From Squalus acanthias (taxonomy: Eukaryota): a DNA stretch of 64,000 nucleotides. A program made the position numbers and the translations under genes. Where the stretch lies: positions 122,142,001 through 122,206,000 of the forward strand of contig CM059431.1 in assembly GCA_030390025.1 (NCBI GenBank), read 5' to 3'. Below are positions 62,641 to 64,000 of the stretch, piece by piece; position 1 is the first letter of the stretch, and every line of letters begins with the position of its first letter. The notes beneath the pieces are model-generated. The model ran no database searches. It was not told the origin of the DNA and saw nothing but the letters and a program-made list of their open reading frames with translations.

Positions 62641-63615
62641 CAAATATGAGCATCAGTAGCAATTCAGGTCCTAGGAACAGGCTGACAGTGAAATTGATTC
62701 TCTTGCTGAGAACCAGGTGGAAGCAACACAGATGTGATGAGATCTTTGCGATGAATTCTGCAGTCTCCAACATATCATACAGGGTGCCGAGAACATTCTC
62801 ACAGGATTGAATGTAGCATTTCTGCTCATTAATGAGCTCTTCTCCACAGGCCGCTCCAGTAAGGTAAGAATCTTTGGACCGTACAGCAGAGAAACAGTAA
62901 CCCGATATTAACAGGGAAGTGGGGAGAGTGCAGGGGAGTGTGGTCGCGTGGGGAAAGCGCAACAAGGGCAGGGACGTGGAGGCCCTGCCGATCTTAACGG
63001 TCGGGCCTCATTTAAATAATATGTTACAGTCTCCTGCCCGACAGCCGGTCAATTTGACAGCCTGGCTGGTGGGCAGGAGTGCAAACAAGTTCACCTTGTT
63101 GCTGCCACTCTGCTGTCACCTCAGTTTGTTCCTTCGGGGCTGTGCATTTCACCAATGTTCCCTTGTGACCCTCACTACCTGATTGCTTCGAGGTTGATGT
63201 ATTTTATCTGGTGCCTGTGCGGTCAGGAGTGGTTGATGGCTGTTTTTTGGGATAGATCAACTGCTGGGTCATATCAGCTGGGGGGCGACATCAACTCGGC
63301 ACGGCCTTTCGCAAAGAGCAAAGGAACAAATGTTACTGTGCTGTATGCTTGAAATGGTTCGACCGTAGTATGAAGTACATTGAGTGCCATGCTGTGGCTG
63401 GGCACATGTAGCTGCATGTTACTGAGGGAGGGAGTTTCAAAGGTAAGAAATAAGAAGTGGAAGAGAAAACTTTTATTGTTATTTTGGCATCAAGTGACCA
63501 AGCGCTCCTTGGCCCACATCCTCTCTGGCCTCCTCACCCACAATTTTAAGAACAGCCTCCTCATGGCAGCTCAAACAGCATAGGTTGGCAAGGCTTCCAG
63601 CTATCCAGTTTCTCT

Positions 63616-64000
63616 GGCCGGAATTTTCTCAAGGGAGGCGGATTGGGGCTGGGGTCCCTCCGAGGCAGGCGAGAAACCCAGGAGGCTTGGATTCCCAAAG
63701 GCCTTGCCGACTTTAACGGTAGGGCCTGATTTGAATGCGTGGCCTCGGATTACCGCCCACAGCCAGCCAGATTGAGAGGCTGGCTGGCTGCGTACGGGTA
63801 CGCCTCAGAAGAATGGGGTGGTCCAGGCGAGGGATCGTGGCGGGGTGGGGGTCAGCAATTGGCCGGGGTCGGGGATCGGGGTGGAGGGGGAGAGAGAATT
63901 GGCCGGGGTCGGGGATCGCGGTGGGGGGGAGAGAGAGAATTGGCCGGGGTCGGGGATCTGGGCTGGGGAGAGGATCGTCAGGGGTCATGATCGGGGCGGG
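63616..64000. mobile_element. Left part of a GC-rich Harbinger-type MITE with internal tandem repeats
   Basis: Starts GGCCGGAATTTT. Three copies of AATTGGCCGGGGTCGGGGATC at about 63857-63958. Confidence 0.7.

Noticed and set aside
63857..63958. CRISPR-like repeat-spacer array
   Set aside because: Eukaryotic context, spacers similar to each other, no cas genes. It is an ordinary minisatellite.

Overview
Repeat-dense eukaryotic DNA, most likely an intron or intergenic region of a cartilaginous fish (inferred from the repeat families). No host protein-coding gene could be identified with confidence. The window is dominated by PIF/Harbinger DNA transposons: two decayed two-gene elements (DDE transposase plus a spliced 3-exon Myb/SANT-like gene, convergently arranged), two copies of a transposase-deleted family, several 0.6-0.9 kb MITEs, short palindromic MITEs and old relics. 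It also holds CR1-clade LINEs of several families, L2 and L1 relics, tRNA-headed SINEs, a 1645-bp solo LTR with a 4-bp TSD, and Penelope fragments. Highlights: (1) three minimal hammerhead ribozyme cores, two at the loop of fold-back mini-insertions; (2) a MITE family whose two diverged copies both keep three consensus 5' splice sites, a U1-like antisense motif and an acceptor; (3) one of these MITEs inserted into the DNA-binding gene of an element with matching termini; (4) multi-level nested insertions. Coordinates were read by eye. Boundaries without a stated TSD are approximate, and repeat family names are from recall, not a database search.
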